Shown: piece by piece, positions 12,471 to 26,514 of the stretch
Layout: every line of letters starts with the position of its first letter
Position numbering within the stretch: the first letter of the stretch is position 1
Assembly (NCBI RefSeq): GCF_006345805.1
Contig: NC_043010.1
Location: 15,314,001-15,378,000 of the forward strand
Source: Octopus sinensis
Lineage: Eukaryota
Length of the DNA: 64,000 bases
Reading direction: 5' to 3'
Made by a program: the position numbers and the translations under genes
Notes under the pieces: generated by a model
What the model saw: the letters and a program-made list of their open reading frames with translations, nothing else
Told to the model about the DNA's origin: nothing
Databases searched by the model: none

Positions 12471-13970
12471 TACAGGGTTAGCCAGAAGTCACCTGACAGT
12501 AAATCAAAATTCCATAGATATTATCTGTAATTCTGTATGACTCGAATGAAAAAATATGTCGCTCAGGAAGGACTTCAGTTTGAACAATCTTCATGATGTT
12601 TCATATTTAGATGCTTTTATTAAATTCATTCGGTTGTTAAACATAAATAAATCTTGGAATTAAATGGTTTTGAGTTACTGACGGGCGACGTTTGGCCAAA
12701 CTTGTATATATCATCGTTTGTCCCCTATTTGTGCCCAAGTGACAACATATAGGAGTTGAGAGATGGAAAGAGAGAAGTGTGCATTAGCAGCGGAGTGGTA
12801 ATCATACACAGTTGTTGAGTCCCGAGCTTCTCAGCCATTGCTCCGTTTTTGCTTTCTCTATTTGTTTTGCGATTAGTTCAGTCCAGTATTTGCTGTGAAG
12901 GGGCTTTTCTTAGCATAGTTTTATCATGATTCGTACCAGTTTTAGTTTGGATTTCAGTTGTTTTACAGCTTTGCTGTTTTTTCTGTTTGTTCATAGTTGT
13001 TAGGCACTGAATTTGTTTTGTATTTGTCAGCTTCCTTAAAGACTGAAAACAATTTTTTGTTTTGTTCGTGTTTTGTGGCTATTTGTATTAGTTTTTGTTG
13101 CTTCTGAAGTAGGTACTTTTGTAGTCCTATAGTGGTTATTTTGTAATAGTTTTCTAGCTGTATAAAGCCTCTACCACCTTCCATACGTTGTATATATAAC
13201 CTTTTCTGCGTCAGAGTTTGGGTGGTGCACCCTAAACCCTGTCGTTATTTTTCTTGTTTTCTTATCTATTTTGATTAGTTCATTTGATTAGTTCATTTGA
13301 TTAGTTCATTTAGACTTCCGTTAAGAATATTGTAGCTGTAACTTATAACTGAGACAGCTAGTGTGTCGATACCTATTATCTTGCTTTTCGCATTGTGCTC
13401 TGTTTTCAGTATTAATCCGATTCATCTATAGTATTCGATTTTATCTTCTCTTTCGTTTTTGCCTATTGTATCGTATCTAGTTCGTTGATTCCTAAGTGTG
13501 TGTATGTCTGGCTTCGGTCTAATTCTCTTATTTCATTTGTTTTATCTAGTGTGATGTTGCTAGACTTAACTAGTTTTTCGCTTTTACACATTTTTAAAAG
13601 CCAAATTTCATGCTTACTTCTTTGGTAAATCCGTGTACTGTCTGTAGTAATTCTTCCAGTTGCTTATCACTTGTAGCATACAGTTTTAGATCATCTACAG
13701 AGATCATGTCCGTGGAATATTCCTCTTCTAATGGGGATGGCTTTGGTTTTAATGAGTCCCTCTTTTGTCTGGAGCTGTAGCACTGTCTGCCATTTCTTCT
13801 TGGAATGTGTTATATATTTCACAATTATTGGTGCTACCTTGTTCATGGCTAGTGTTTCTGGTATACATGTGTGGGGAATACTATCAAAAGCCTTTCGGTA
13901 ATCGATCCAGGCCATACTTAAACCCTTCTTCTTTCTGCGGCTGTCTTCAGTAATGGGTACAGTGATCATT

Positions 13971-14384
<414 letters not shown>

Positions 14385-14385
<1 letters not shown>

Positions 14386-15265
14386 TAGTTTCATCTTTAT
14401 AGCGTGCTTTCCCTTCACTACCGAGCGCAGCTCTGTGTGCCTTGGGTATGTGCTGTGATTTGTTGTAATGCTCTGATGGTTAATGTATTGAAAGTGTTTT
14501 GTGTAGGATATGTGCAATGCCCAGTAGTGCAATTTTCTGTTTGTTATATATATTTGTAAGTCCAGGTGTTTTTGTTATGTATTTGTATGAATATTTTCTA
14601 TCATACCTAATGCGCCTACTATGATAGGAATTGTTTGTGTTAATAGATTCCACATTCGCGTTACCTCTATTTCCAGATCTTTGTATTTTGAAAGTTTCTC
14701 CATTTCTTTTAGAGAAATGTTGTCATCTGCTGGTATTGATACATCACTTAGAAAGCATTTATTTTCATGATCTCTGACAACTATATCGGGCCTATTGGCC
14801 TTAATTTCTCTATCTGTGTGTATTGGTATATCCCCGAGTATGGTTGCTTTCTCGTTTTCTGTGACCTTTTCTGGCGTGTGCCTATACCATCTTATTTCTA
14901 TTGTTAATCCATAGCGCTGGCATAGCTTCCAGTGTATGTAGGTCCCAACTCTGTCGTGTCTGAATATATTCCTTCTTAGCCAGGACTGGGCAGCCAGAGA
15001 TAATATGATTCATTGTTTCTTGTCCATCTCCACATATTCTGCAGTTGCTTGTTATGTTTCTTTTCATTATATGTTTTTGGTAATTTCTGATGGAGAGGCT
15101 TTGGTTTTGTACTGCAATAAAAATCCCTCCGTTTCTGCTTTGAGTCTTGAGCTTCTCAACCATTGCTGGGATTTTTCTCTGTCTTTTTCTTTTCCATTTA
15201 GTTTGGTATTTGCCATGAAGGGGCTTTTCTTGCCATCGTTATATCATGGCCCGTTGCTGTTCTAG
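14385..15265 (-). mobile_element. R4/Dong-like LINE 3' fragment (CCHC finger and restriction-like endonuclease; copy 2)
   Basis: CRICGDGQETMNHIISGC, RHDRV, ANRPDIVVRD, EKLSKYKDLE; (TAA)n at both ends. Confidence 0.85.
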
Positions 15266-15363
15266 TTTTATTATTATTTATTATTATTATTATTGTTATT
15301 ATTATTATTATTGTTATTATTATTATTATATTATTATTATTATTATTATTATTATATTATTAT

Positions 15364-15402
<39 letters not shown>

Positions 15403-15436
15403 CAGTAGTAGTAGCAGTTGTAGCAGCAGCAGTAGC

Positions 15437-15496
<60 letters not shown>

Positions 15497-15497
<1 letters not shown>

Positions 15498-15680
15498 CGG
15501 TGAGCTGGCAGAATCTTTAGCACGCCGGGCAAAATACTTAGCGGATTTCGTCTATCTTCGTGTTCAGTTCAAATTCCGCTGCGCTCCACTTGAAATAAGT
15601 ACCAGTCGAGCACTGGAATCGTCATAATCGCCTTACTTCCTCACCTGAAATTGTTAGCCTTGTGTCAAAATTTGAATCCA
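15497..15680 (+). mobile_element. SINE family C head with alternative tail
   Basis: GCGGTGAGCTGGCAGAAT...TTAGCACGCCGGGC head. Confidence 0.75.
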
Positions 15681-15915
15681 TAATTGTTATCATTATTAAT
15701 TTATTATTATTTGTGGTAGTCTTGTATGCTATTAGCATTCTATACTGATTACAACTTTTATCATAGCCGTCACATGAGAGAGGATGAGAGAAATATGATC
15801 TGATCAGGTCGAAGTTATATCACAGTAATAACATTAATAGACCTGCATACGAGGGAGGGAGTGTCTGCGGAGTCGCTCGACCTGCTAGCAATAACAGACA
15901 AATTGCCCTCAAATC

Positions 15916-16490
15916 AATTCAATTCAATTCAATTCAATTCAATTTTTATTGGCTCAAAAAGCAAAAGCAAGGCCATGTAGGGGGGACAAGGAGTTACGTA
16001 CAGAGAGGGTGGTCATACAAAGAGTTCAGGCCATTTCTGGTCAAGAGAGACTTTGAACCGAGCGGTCGTCGGCATCTTCAATATCTCGTCCGGCAGCTTA
16101 TTCCACGGATCCGCAACCCGGACGGAGAAAGCCCCCTCTCCTTCGATTGAGATGAAATCGTCGTAGATAGAGCTTTTCGGAGTGACCTCGCAGCCCACTC
16201 TCTGGAGCAGGAGAGAAGAACAGCTCTTTCGAGAGGTTATACTTTCCGCTTATGATGTTGTGAGCGAGAATGAGATTACCACGGCGTCGTCGTTTTTCGA
16301 GAGAATAAAGGTCGAGCGTCTTCAGCCTTTCTTCATAAGACAAATGCTCGAGGCCAAAAACCATGCAGGTAGCCAGCTTCTGGACCCTTTCGAGATGATG
16401 TATGTATGTCGTTGAGGAGATAAGGAGAAGAGGCTTGAATCCCGTACTCCGAGGAGAAACTTCGAATGCTGTTTTGAAAATGAGGATTGC
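15916..16490 (-). mobile_element. CR1-clade LINE 3' fragment
   Basis: LSYEERLKTLDLYSLEKRRRRG...AFSVRVADPWNKLP; (TTGAA)n tail. Confidence 0.88.
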
Positions 16491-16779
16491 TACGACACGT
16501 TTATGATACCCCAGAGTGAAAATGACAGTTTACAACAACAAATGAACCCGCAACCTATCATTTCAGAGATTTAAATAGTAGCATCTCCACCGATTGAACA
16601 CTAAGCGAGGGGATTCTAAACCAACTCATGTACCACTGCTAACAATATCACAACCTCCACCAACGTCCGTTACTACCGTTTAAGCTGGCATCTTCGCCGC
16701 CTTCATCAATCTTGCTGTCAACGACACGCTCTACCGTCAATGACATCATTGCTGGTTTTACCACTACCACCACAACCTA

Positions 16780-17347
16780 AACCCCTACCATCAGTATACC
16801 ACCACAACTATAACCAAAACTGCTGTCAACAAGACCATGAGAAACACCCACACCATTTGACAACCACCACTGTTATCGCCACCATTACCATTCCCACTAT
16901 CACCACTACCACCACCACCACCACCACCACCACCACCACCACCACCACAACCACCACCACCACCACCACTATCACTGCCACCACTCTCACCACCATGATC
17001 ATCACCACCGCCAACATCATTATAACATAATCACAACCATCGTCTTCGCTACCACCTCTACCACCATCACCATCGCCACTACCACCACCATCACCATCAT
17101 CACCATAACCATCATCACCATCACTACCGCCTCCTCGACCATCATCTCCGCCGCCATCATCTCTGCCACGACTGTCATGACAACCCCCATCGGTAATCGG
17201 AACGACAACAGCAACACCACTGTCTTCAGTCCTATCACTACCACCCCATTACCATCGCCGGACATCGTCATCGTCGTTGTGGTCATCGTCGTTGTCGTCA
17301 TCATCATCATCATCATTATCATCATCATCATCGTCATCATCATCATC

Positions 17348-17378
<31 letters not shown>

Positions 17379-17407
17379 TCATCATTATCATCACCATCAT
17401 CACCATC

Positions 17408-17438
<31 letters not shown>

Positions 17439-17542
17439 TCATCATTATCACCATCATCATCACCATCACCATCATCACCATCACCATCACCATCACCATC
17501 ATCATCATCACCATCACCATCATCATCATCACCATCATCACC

Positions 17543-17574
<32 letters not shown>

Positions 17575-17589
17575 CACCATCATCATCAC

Positions 17590-17636
<47 letters not shown>

Positions 17637-17725
17637 CCACCACCATCATCACCGTCATCATCATCATCATCACCACGAACAGCAGCAACAACAACAACAA
17701 CAACAACCACAGCAACAGCATCACT
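16780..17725. repeat. (CAC)n/(CAT)n/(CAA)n trinucleotide tract
   Basis: Direct reading; explains the poly-Ile/Ser/Met/Asp ORFs. Confidence 0.95.
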
Positions 17726-18562
17726 AGTAGTGACCGATATCGTCAGCTTCAGCAAATATATATGGTAATATGTTAATTGGATTGTTTGATTGAACATCTT
17801 TAGTCCAATCACCTTCAGGTGTTTGATGTATCGACGACGACGACGACGACAACGATCCTCCTCCTCCTCCCCATCATCATCATCGTGGTGGTGGTTGGTG
17901 ATGGAGGCGGTGGTAGTGGTAGGGGTAGTAGTGGTTATGGCATCGATAATAGGAACTGACGGTGCCGATGGCTGGTAAAAGAGCATTGAATGGCTTGCTT
18001 GGCTTTCATGTATTCTCACAAGGGCGACCGATGAAAGGACATTACGAAGACGAGTTGCGAAGTGGCGCCGGCTGTAGAGGCTGTAGTGGCGGCAGTGGTG
18101 GCTGTTGCGGTGGCGGTAGAGGCTGAGGTGGTGATGGTGGTTGTGCGTGGTTATGTTTTTACAGTCAGTATGGTTCAAATACGACAGGCAGAAACGAAAC
18201 AATAAAAGAAAATGAAGAATTAATGTAAAATGACACGCATATGTATTTCAATAAAAGAACAGTCCACTAAGGCTAATTAAGGAACACCTACAGGGGCTAT
18301 ATTACACTAATTAACAAAGGAAAATACGTTCCACCAACTGGAAGGTGTCAAGCGTATAACTTTATGTCCATGGTCGACTCATTCACCCAAGCATTGCTTC
18401 TCAATGACCATTCAATAATTATACTGAGGACAGCATTTCCCACTCCGTGCTTATTTTCTTCTTCCAGTGGTACTTGAAGAAGTTGATGAGGGTTTGGTCC
18501 GAGATGAAAATCACTATGTTAAGGGTACACCAAGATTAGGGTGATGATATTTAGAATATATA

Positions 18563-18943
18563 AGGCGGCGAGCTGGCAGAATCGTTAGCACACCGGGAGA
18601 AATGCTTAGCCGTATTTAGTCTGCCGTTAAGTTCTGAGTTCGAATTCCGCTGAGGTCGACTTTGCCTTTCATTCTTTCGGGGTCGATGTAATCGACTTAA
18701 TCCGTTTGTCTGTCCTTGTTTGTCCCCTCAGTGTTTAGCCCCTTGTGGGTAGTAAAGAAATAGGTATTTCGTGTGCCGTTGCGTTCTGAGTTCAAATTCC
18801 GCCGAGGTCGACTTTGCCTTTCATCCTTTCGGGGTCGATAAATTAAGTACCAGTTATGCACTGGGGTCGATATAATCGACTTAATCCGTTTGTCTGTCCT
18901 TGTTTGTCCCTTCTGTGTTTAGCCCCTTGCGGTTAATAAAGAA
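18563..18943 (+). mobile_element. SINE family C, tandem dimer with second unit 5'-truncated
   Basis: Head AAGGCGGCGAGCTGGCAGAATCGTTAGC; body GTCGACTTTGCCTTTCATCCTTTCGGGGTCGA occurs twice. Confidence 0.9.
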
Positions 18944-20171
18944 ACAAATACAGTTATTGGAACTACCAGTCGCTCAATGTGGTTGTTGGAACGCCAGCGC
19001 TTGTTTCTATAGAACTTTAGTACAGGGTGCCATTGGGGATATTTTGGGAAGTTCTCCAAATGATGACAAAGATAAGTTGAGCTGTCTCTTCGGAAGGACT
19101 TTTCAACATGGGATTACAAACAGCGTCTAAAAGTCCTTTTTCTCATAGCCTCTCAATGGAGTGGTCCGTTACTAGTTCCTTGTAAATTCCACAGGTATGT
19201 ATTACCTATATGCGATGCTTTCAAAGAGACGCTTTATGCGAGCTTATTCAATATGCAAACTTATCACTCCACAGCACCTACTGCCGCATTTGTAATAACT
19301 ACCATACAGATAATATCCAACATCCCTCTCACTCAATACAGGCACCACAGGAATTATTTCAATGACACAACCGATATATGGATTGGTTTTCTTCTGACAA
19401 TAGCTGTTCCATATAATACAGTAAATCAGCCTATGTCCACGGTTTGAATGATCGTGATAAGTTGAATTGTGTTACTTTGTGAGCATTGTGTGCAGATACC
19501 TCAGTTGATCTTAATCGGCACCTAGAGTACTACCTTTAATATTATCACTCATCCCCCATACTAACCCTCTACAGGAAGTAAGGTTCAACTTCGAACGAAG
19601 GTCATTGATCGACTGGTAGTTTGTCTGATCCTCTAAACATATTCCAACTACCAGGACCCCAGAATTGACAAATACTTGATCCACGTTATAGATCTATTGA
19701 ATATCCAACATTAGGCAAATTTTCACTGACACATGATGACCAGGCACCTGCTTATTGTATAGGAATCTTCAAAGATGCTGAAATATCAGCGCATTGTTAT
19801 GCATCATTTGTCACATAATACCAAATTCTTCGTGCCGCAGAGATTATTTTTGCCAGTAGCACCCATCCCATCCAGAAGGAGCGAAAGATAGAAAGTACAA
19901 AAACCAACCGGAAATATATCTCAGAGATTTGTAGGAATTCGACAGCTATACTTTACCTGTCAGAAATAGATTTCTTTTCAGCCATTGTTAGATGAGATTG
20001 CCCACCTCGCATGAAAATTCATTCTAGTTCCTATCCACCCTTAGTCCAAAACCAAACCAAGTAATTTGACCGGACTATTCACCAGTAACTTGCCTCTACA
20101 GAAGCCAAGATAGAAATTCGCAAATTTGACTTTGTTAATGCGTACACTTATACTCATCTTTTGTTTTTCAG

Positions 20172-20249
20172 TCTGAAGAAAGACGCTTTGTAAGAGTCCT
20201 TCCACAGCACGCCAGCTTCAGTTCATATATTGATTTTCGAGATGTCTGA
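20172..20249 (+). CDS. Possible terminal exon of an unidentified gene (SEERRFVRVLPQHASFSSYIDFRDV*)
   Basis: Pyrimidine tract CTTTTGTTTTTCAG, open frame to TGA, followed by ~600 bp non-repetitive UTR-like DNA; peptide not recognised. Confidence 0.25.
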   Translation, partial: SEERRFVRVLPQHASFSSYIDFRDV

Positions 20250-21019
20250 CACTATTATTAAGTTTTTGGTCGCATCAAGTGGGAGAATTTTCATTCCGTG
20301 TCTCAGTTACAAACCCTTCTGTCTAGCATCCAGCTGCGTACTTCTTAGCTGCAACTCATGTAGGAGTTGCGTTATATAATTTAGTGATGATTCCGTGGAG
20401 TGTGTATCGTGTGTTGTATGCTAGCGCAGTTTGCTATGCTTGTACAGTTTGAGTGTAATTGAATTAAAATGTATTGTGCGAAATCTGGTCTTTTGCGAGG
20501 ATTACTTCTTAGGCAGCATGTAGCGGTTGTGAACACTGATTTATACGTTTTTGTTGATGTTCGTTATTCTATTATTACTACTGCTGCAAATATTCTCGAT
20601 ATTGTTTTCCTTTTCATATGCGCAAACATATTCATTTTCAATAATTTTCTTTACTTCTGGTTTTCTCAATCTTACTTCTATTTCAATTTAGAATTTGTAA
20701 TTTCTTATAATTTATTTTTATTATCTATCCATACACCGAACAGCTCTCTGTTACATTTGTCTCTCTTTTAAATGGGAAACGGTATCTTTTAATCGTGTTT
20801 CTAATAATTTGTATTAATTTCCCTTTATTTTTCTCTTGATATATTTGTAATCCCACGCAAAATAATTCATAATAGACTTTTCTTATATTTAATGGTGTAT
20901 TTAAAACTGACAATTCTAATGATAAAATATATTTCCGTTTCGTTTAAGTGTAGTTTTATTCTATATGAAGTAATTAATTTTCTTGTTTCTTACGTAGATG
21001 CACTAATTCTCTTAAATGG

Positions 21020-21352
21020 AAGCACTCCGTTGGTTACGACGACGATGGCTCCGGTTGATCCGAATCAACGGAACAGCCTGCTCGTGAAATTAACGTGTAA
21101 GTGGCTGAGCACTCCACAGACACGTGTACCCTTAACGTAGTTCTCGGGGATATTCAGCGTGACACAGAGAGTGACAAGGCCGGCCCTTTGAAATACAGGT
21201 ACAACAGAAACAGGAAGTAAGAGTGAGAGAAAGTTGTGGTGAAAGAGTACAGTAGGGATCACCACCATCCCCTGCCGGAGCCTCGTGGAACTTTTAGGTG
21301 TTTTCGCTCAATAAACACTCACAACGCCCGGTCTGGGAATCGAAACCGCGAT
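21020..21352 (-). mobile_element. SINE family B, head truncated
   Basis: Near-identical to 29115, 43854 and 56403 copies. Confidence 0.9.
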
Positions 21353-21807
21353 GTTCCTCGTTTTTAAAGTTACCCAGGTGTACCCTTCTAAGCCATCACG
21401 ATTTCTCTACCAGTTCCCCATTTTGTTTGGATCTGTAAAGTTGCTACCCATTTAAACTTGTAAAGTTTTAAACATGTTCAAGCTTGTTAATGCTAAATCA
21501 CTCCGGAATAATGTTGCTAAAATTCACCTGTAGGAAACAGTATCAAAAGTCTTTTTGTAGTCAACCAATGCAGTGTTCAATCCATTCTTTCTGTTCAGTT
21601 GTGGCTTTGTTCATCAGTAAAGGATCTTTACATCCGTATCAGCTTTTGATGATTTCATTCAGTTATTCTGGATGTTGATTTTTCTCAGGGTGAGCATTTT
21701 TCTATTACAGTAAGATTGTTCCCGCAGCAGAATATATTGTACACAGGATGATTGCGAGCATGTAGATTTGTGGCTGTTTCTAAGTATGTTATTATTATTA
21801 TTATTAC

Positions 21808-21846
<39 letters not shown>

Positions 21847-21848
21847 GA

Positions 21849-21923
<75 letters not shown>

Positions 21924-22399
21924 TATTATTATTATCATCATCATCATCATGATCATCATCATCATCATTATTATTATTATATTATTATCATCAATGTTGT
22001 TATTGTGGTAGTACGTTTGAATACGTTGCATAGAGTCTCCAGTTCTCCATTCGTTTTCGATTCTTTTGTGCCATCTTTCGCCGCATATGTAATATGTCCG
22101 AAAGAGTTTTTGTTGTATAAATGAATGGGGCTTGGCAACAATAATAAAGAAAATCTAATGTCGTTAAACAACAGCAGCCCACTACCAGTCGGGCATTGCG
22201 GCTGGTGGAAGTTTCACATTGGCCTTCAATAAAGTATTAAAGGCGATCAAAAGCGCGGAGTTTCCCAAAATCTGGACGTAGATGAAAATTAACTAAATGG
22301 TCTATACTGATGGAGTTTTTTTCGAGCCGGGAACTGTAACTAAATTCCAGAAATCTCTGACCTGGCAATGTTACCGGTGTGGGGTGACATTGACGATGT

Positions 22400-22780
22400 A
22401 ATATAAACTCTACAGGCACGAATGCGCCATCAGCCAGACCTATCCGAGATACGTACAGGGAGACGAAACTTCTGGACGCATTCGTCCAATGCTAAGTTGT
22501 GGATTTATGCAGAACGCCTATTGTCAGGTATCGGATAGATCAGGTTATCAACTGTGTCCTTTCGAATGATCTTCCAACCATCTTCCTTTGGTCTGGAAGG
22601 ACGGGTGGTGCTTATCTGTCCGGTGGCCTTAGGATATAAGGTTGTGATGGACCAGATTGGAAAGGCCAACTACAGACGCCTTCACCTTTGGCCAAATCCT
22701 CATTTAGTTTCCCATGTTCAATTTGAAAAGAAAAGAGAAGCGGGAGAGGAAAATGATTCGCCCGGTAAATTAGTTGAAAG
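22400..22780 (+). mobile_element. Tx1/L1-like LINE C-terminal remnant
   Basis: ISQTYPRYVQGDE..LDAFVQC..KLWIYAERLLSGIG.IRLS aligns to the intact CCHC segment at 26525. Confidence 0.6.
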
Positions 22781-23292
22781 ATGAATGAGGGTAACGATCT
22801 TGGTCCGAGCGAACGGGCGTGGTCCGATGTTGTGCATGCAGATTAAATAAAAACAACTAGTGTAGCGTACTTGCCTCAGTTACCAGGATGACTGTAGTTT
22901 TTGGGGGGGTTTCCGTGAGTAGGTCTCGGAGGTATGTATACTTTTAGTAAAATTTTCGGGACAGCAATAAAATGAGAGCTCATCAAATATTGGAGGCAAT
23001 TGGACTATACCCAAATCGGCATTATCGCTATTGCTAGTGATTACGCTCATATCAATTTGTCCCATGATGGAAAACATTCTTGCCTTGTCATACTGTTTTT
23101 ATTTCCACCTATAGTACTTCATTTCGTGAAGGCACGTAACATAGTTAAGATAATCGAATCGCAACCATAATATCGTCTGTTCAAGTTCTGGATCGGGTGA
23201 TGCGTTACATCCATGATCAACGTACTTCATTTTAAGTAGCTTCAGTCTATTCAGCTGAAAATGAGTACAGTCTGAGTATGCGCGCGACTCAC

Positions 23293-23345
<53 letters not shown>

Positions 23346-23771
23346 AGCGGGTCACATCCTGGACGTTTCGTTGGGTCAGTCGAGAACGGTTGGTCTATGT
23401 CGGCTCGCGACTACAAAAGCATCTAAAACAATTAGTGAAAACATGATACATGTTTGCTGGTCTCTGCTGGCTCTAAAGAAGAAAAAAAAATCTACTTAGT
23501 TGTTTCAAGACAGATCTTTCAAGCAAATGAGTGACTGAATAAAGATCTATTATGTTCTGAAACGAGGTAAGAGGATAACAGGGTGGCGGTGTTGTTACCT
23601 ACTTCTGAAATGTAGCAGTGTTTTCTAATTGGTAAGGAACTGCTTGTACCTGTATTAAACAGCTCGATCAATCCGATTGCAAGGAGTCCGGTGCTAATGT
23701 AAACCAATTTCGGATTGTATATAGTTATACTGGATATTTATTTTCTCTCTCTCTTTCTCTCTCTCTCCCTC

Positions 23772-23805
<34 letters not shown>

Positions 23806-24118
23806 GCTCGGGCGCGCACACGTATACACATACACACAAATTGCTTCGCTGTAATTACACCTGAAGCGGTGAGATTTCTCCTCACATTTGCAATTTCATT
23901 TCAAAAGCTGGTTAGGAAAAGTGAATGGATTCTAGATTTATTGCATAAAATTGCATAAACTTTGTATTTAATATGGAATAAATGGCGGTCATTCACCGAA
24001 AGTTAGCATTTAGTTGCTTTCTCTTTTCCTCATTTGGAATCATGTATGTCTAAATGTATATATGTAGATATGTTCATACTTATGGGAGTATCGAATAACG
24101 GAGTGACTCACCATACGA

Positions 24119-24170
<52 letters not shown>

Positions 24171-24173
24171 GTT

Positions 24174-24634
24174 ATATTTCGGAATGGTCATATTGCCAGT
24201 TTAGCCAATAAAAACACACGCACTATATATTTGGTGTTATTTATTTTTTACATTAATCTTAATCTTATTTCAGCCAGAGTCCTTTCGTCACACTCCTGTG
24301 ACCGCATATATGCATATATATATATATCACGTGATTACGTGACTGACCAGGCTATCAGATGTTGTAACACATCGTTGGTCACAATGCGCTTTGCATTGTT
24401 TTAGCCTTCAAATGACGCCAACCCGCTGGCTAAGCGAGCAAGCCAACAGAAAAAAGAGTGAGAGAAAGTTACGGCGGAATGGTACAGCAGGGGTCACCAC
24501 CACCCCCTGCCGGAGCCTCGTAGAGCTTTAGGTGTTTTTGCTCAATAAACACACATAACGCCCGGCCTGGGAATTGAAACCGCGTTCCTCCGACCGTGGG
24601 TCCGCTGCCCTAACCACTGGGCCATTGCGCCTCC
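24174..24634 (-). mobile_element. SINE with family B head and alternative tail (E)
   Basis: Head GGAGGCGCAATGGCCCAGTGGTTAGGGCAGCGGA; tail shared with 43470-43570. Confidence 0.8.
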
Positions 24635-24674
24635 ATATATATATATATATATATAATATATATTATATATATAT

Positions 24675-24802
<128 letters not shown>

Positions 24803-24978
24803 AATAATAAATATTAGGGAATAAATCCAAATTTACAGGGAAAAAATCAGATTTAGGATTAAATCGATTTTATAGTAAAATATTATAAAATATTATTCGA
24901 GACAAAACCACTATTTTGCAAAACAAACAAGGAAAGACTTATCAATACATAAATTTTAATAAATAGTCAAAAAAACCG

Positions 24979-25021
24979 CCACTACAATCGTTTCTTGTCT
25001 TGATCGACAATCTTCAGGTGG
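24979..25021 (-). ncRNA. Minimal type-I hammerhead ribozyme
   Basis: Identical to 1420-1462. Confidence 0.8.
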
Positions 25022-25081
25022 ACTTCCAATAATTCAGTGTCAAATTATGAAGTCATAATTTGACACTGAATTATTGGAAGT

Positions 25082-25124
25082 CCACCTGAAGATTGTCGAT
25101 CAAGACAAGAAACGATTGTAGTGG
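25082..25124 (+). ncRNA. Minimal type-I hammerhead ribozyme
   Basis: CCAC-CTGAAGA-TTGTCgatcaaGACAA-GAAA-CGATTGT-A-GTGG; predicted cut after 25120. Confidence 0.8.
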
Positions 25125-25217
25125 CGGTTTTTTTGACTATTTATTAAAATTTATGTATTGATTAAGTCTTTCCTTGTTTGTTTTGCAAAATAGTGGTTTT
25201 GTCTCGAATAATATTTT

Positions 25218-25265
<48 letters not shown>

Positions 25266-25314
25266 TGTTTGTGTGTGTGTGTGTGTGTTGTGTGTGTGTG
25301 AGTGTAAGTGTGTT

Positions 25315-25640
25315 TATATAATAGACAAGTTACAATAATGGCTATTCTACATAATTCCTTTATTATAGCAAAATTGGCTCACAGATGTTTCCAGCAGTCA
25401 TTATAGACAGATTTACACCATTGGTCTATTGTTCAACTGCGATAAATTGAAAAGCCGAAGAAAATGATACCTTCGTCAGAGCTTCTGACGTAGGTATCAT
25501 TAATTTTCTTCGCCTTTTCAATTTATCGCAGTTGGACAATGGACCAATGGTGTAAACCTACTGGAAACAGCTGTTAGTCAAATTTACTATAATAAAGGAA
25601 TTATGTGTAATGAACATTATTCTAACTTGTCTATTATATA
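25315..25640. mobile_element. Foldback MITE (whole element is an imperfect palindrome, TA ends)
   Basis: TATATAATAGACAAGTTA...TAACTTGTCTATTATATA; symmetry centre CGTCAGA-GCT-TCTGACG at ~25482. Confidence 0.8.
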
Positions 25641-25667
25641 TCACTCTGCAAAAACAAGCTTAGTGAA

Positions 25668-26005
25668 GGCGCATGGCTCAGTGGTTAGAGCGTCGAGCTC
25701 ACGAACGTAAGGTTGTGAGCTCGAATCCAGGACCGGGCTGCGTGTTGCGTTCTTGATCAAGACACTTTATTTCACGTTGCTCCAGTTCACTCAGCTGTAG
25801 AAATGAGTTGCGACGTCACAGGTGCCAAGCTGTATCGGCCCCTATGCCTTTCCCTTGGATAACACTGGTGGCGTGGAGAGGGGAGGCTGGTATGCGTGGG
25901 TGACTGCTGGTCTTCCATAAACAACCTTGCCCAGACTTGTGCCTGGGAGGGTAACTTTCTAGGTGCAATCCCATGGTCAGTGTCGTGACCGAGGGGGGGG
26001 TCTCA
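25668..26005 (+). mobile_element. SINE family D, full length
   Basis: Head GGCGCATGGCTCAGTGGTTAGAGCG...GAGCTCGAATCC; body CAAGACACTTTATTTCACGTTGCTCCAG. Confidence 0.85.
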
Positions 26006-26062
26006 AAGATTTAGAGAAAAATCAAGAAAAGAAGAAAAACAAGTTTATCTGAACCAAATCCA

Positions 26063-26447
26063 CTGACCTGTGGGTTTATGTCGAACAGCTGCTGTCGCGT
26101 GTAGGACGGATCACTGCCGACCTACTTTAACCGAGAGGGAAAGGCAATGAAGAAAACTTCGATCTAGGTTAGAAACCCATTCTTTCACTATTGGCAAAAA
26201 ATCTTCAAATAAACTTAATAATGACATACATACAAACAAAAATACCCTTTTGTTGATGTTGAAATTCCAAAGAAGGAGCCTTGGATCTGGATTGGAAACC
26301 GGTTCTTTCTCTATTGGCAGGAAATCTTGGAATAAACTGAATAATGACATAAATACATATATGCATATACACACATGTACCAACAGAGAGCTTATGAAGT
26401 ATTTTGCCCGGATTAATATACCCTCACTATGTGTTCTATGTGTGTGT

Positions 26448-26514
<67 letters not shown>

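Larger units (their letters stand above)
24884..25220. other. Near-perfect palindrome (167/168-bp arms, 2-nt spacer) of a Penelope-like end, one HHR per strand
   Basis: Arms differ by one 1-nt indel; centre AG at 25051-25052. Confidence 0.92.

Noticed and set aside
12478-12720. TA|CAGGG start suggesting a Tc1/mariner end
   Set aside because: No matching opposite TIR or transposase remnant found.
25668-25745. Functional tRNA genes at SINE heads (also 38747, 44130-44202, 18563)
   Set aside because: A/B boxes are present but no complete cloverleaf forms, and each runs into a repeated SINE body.
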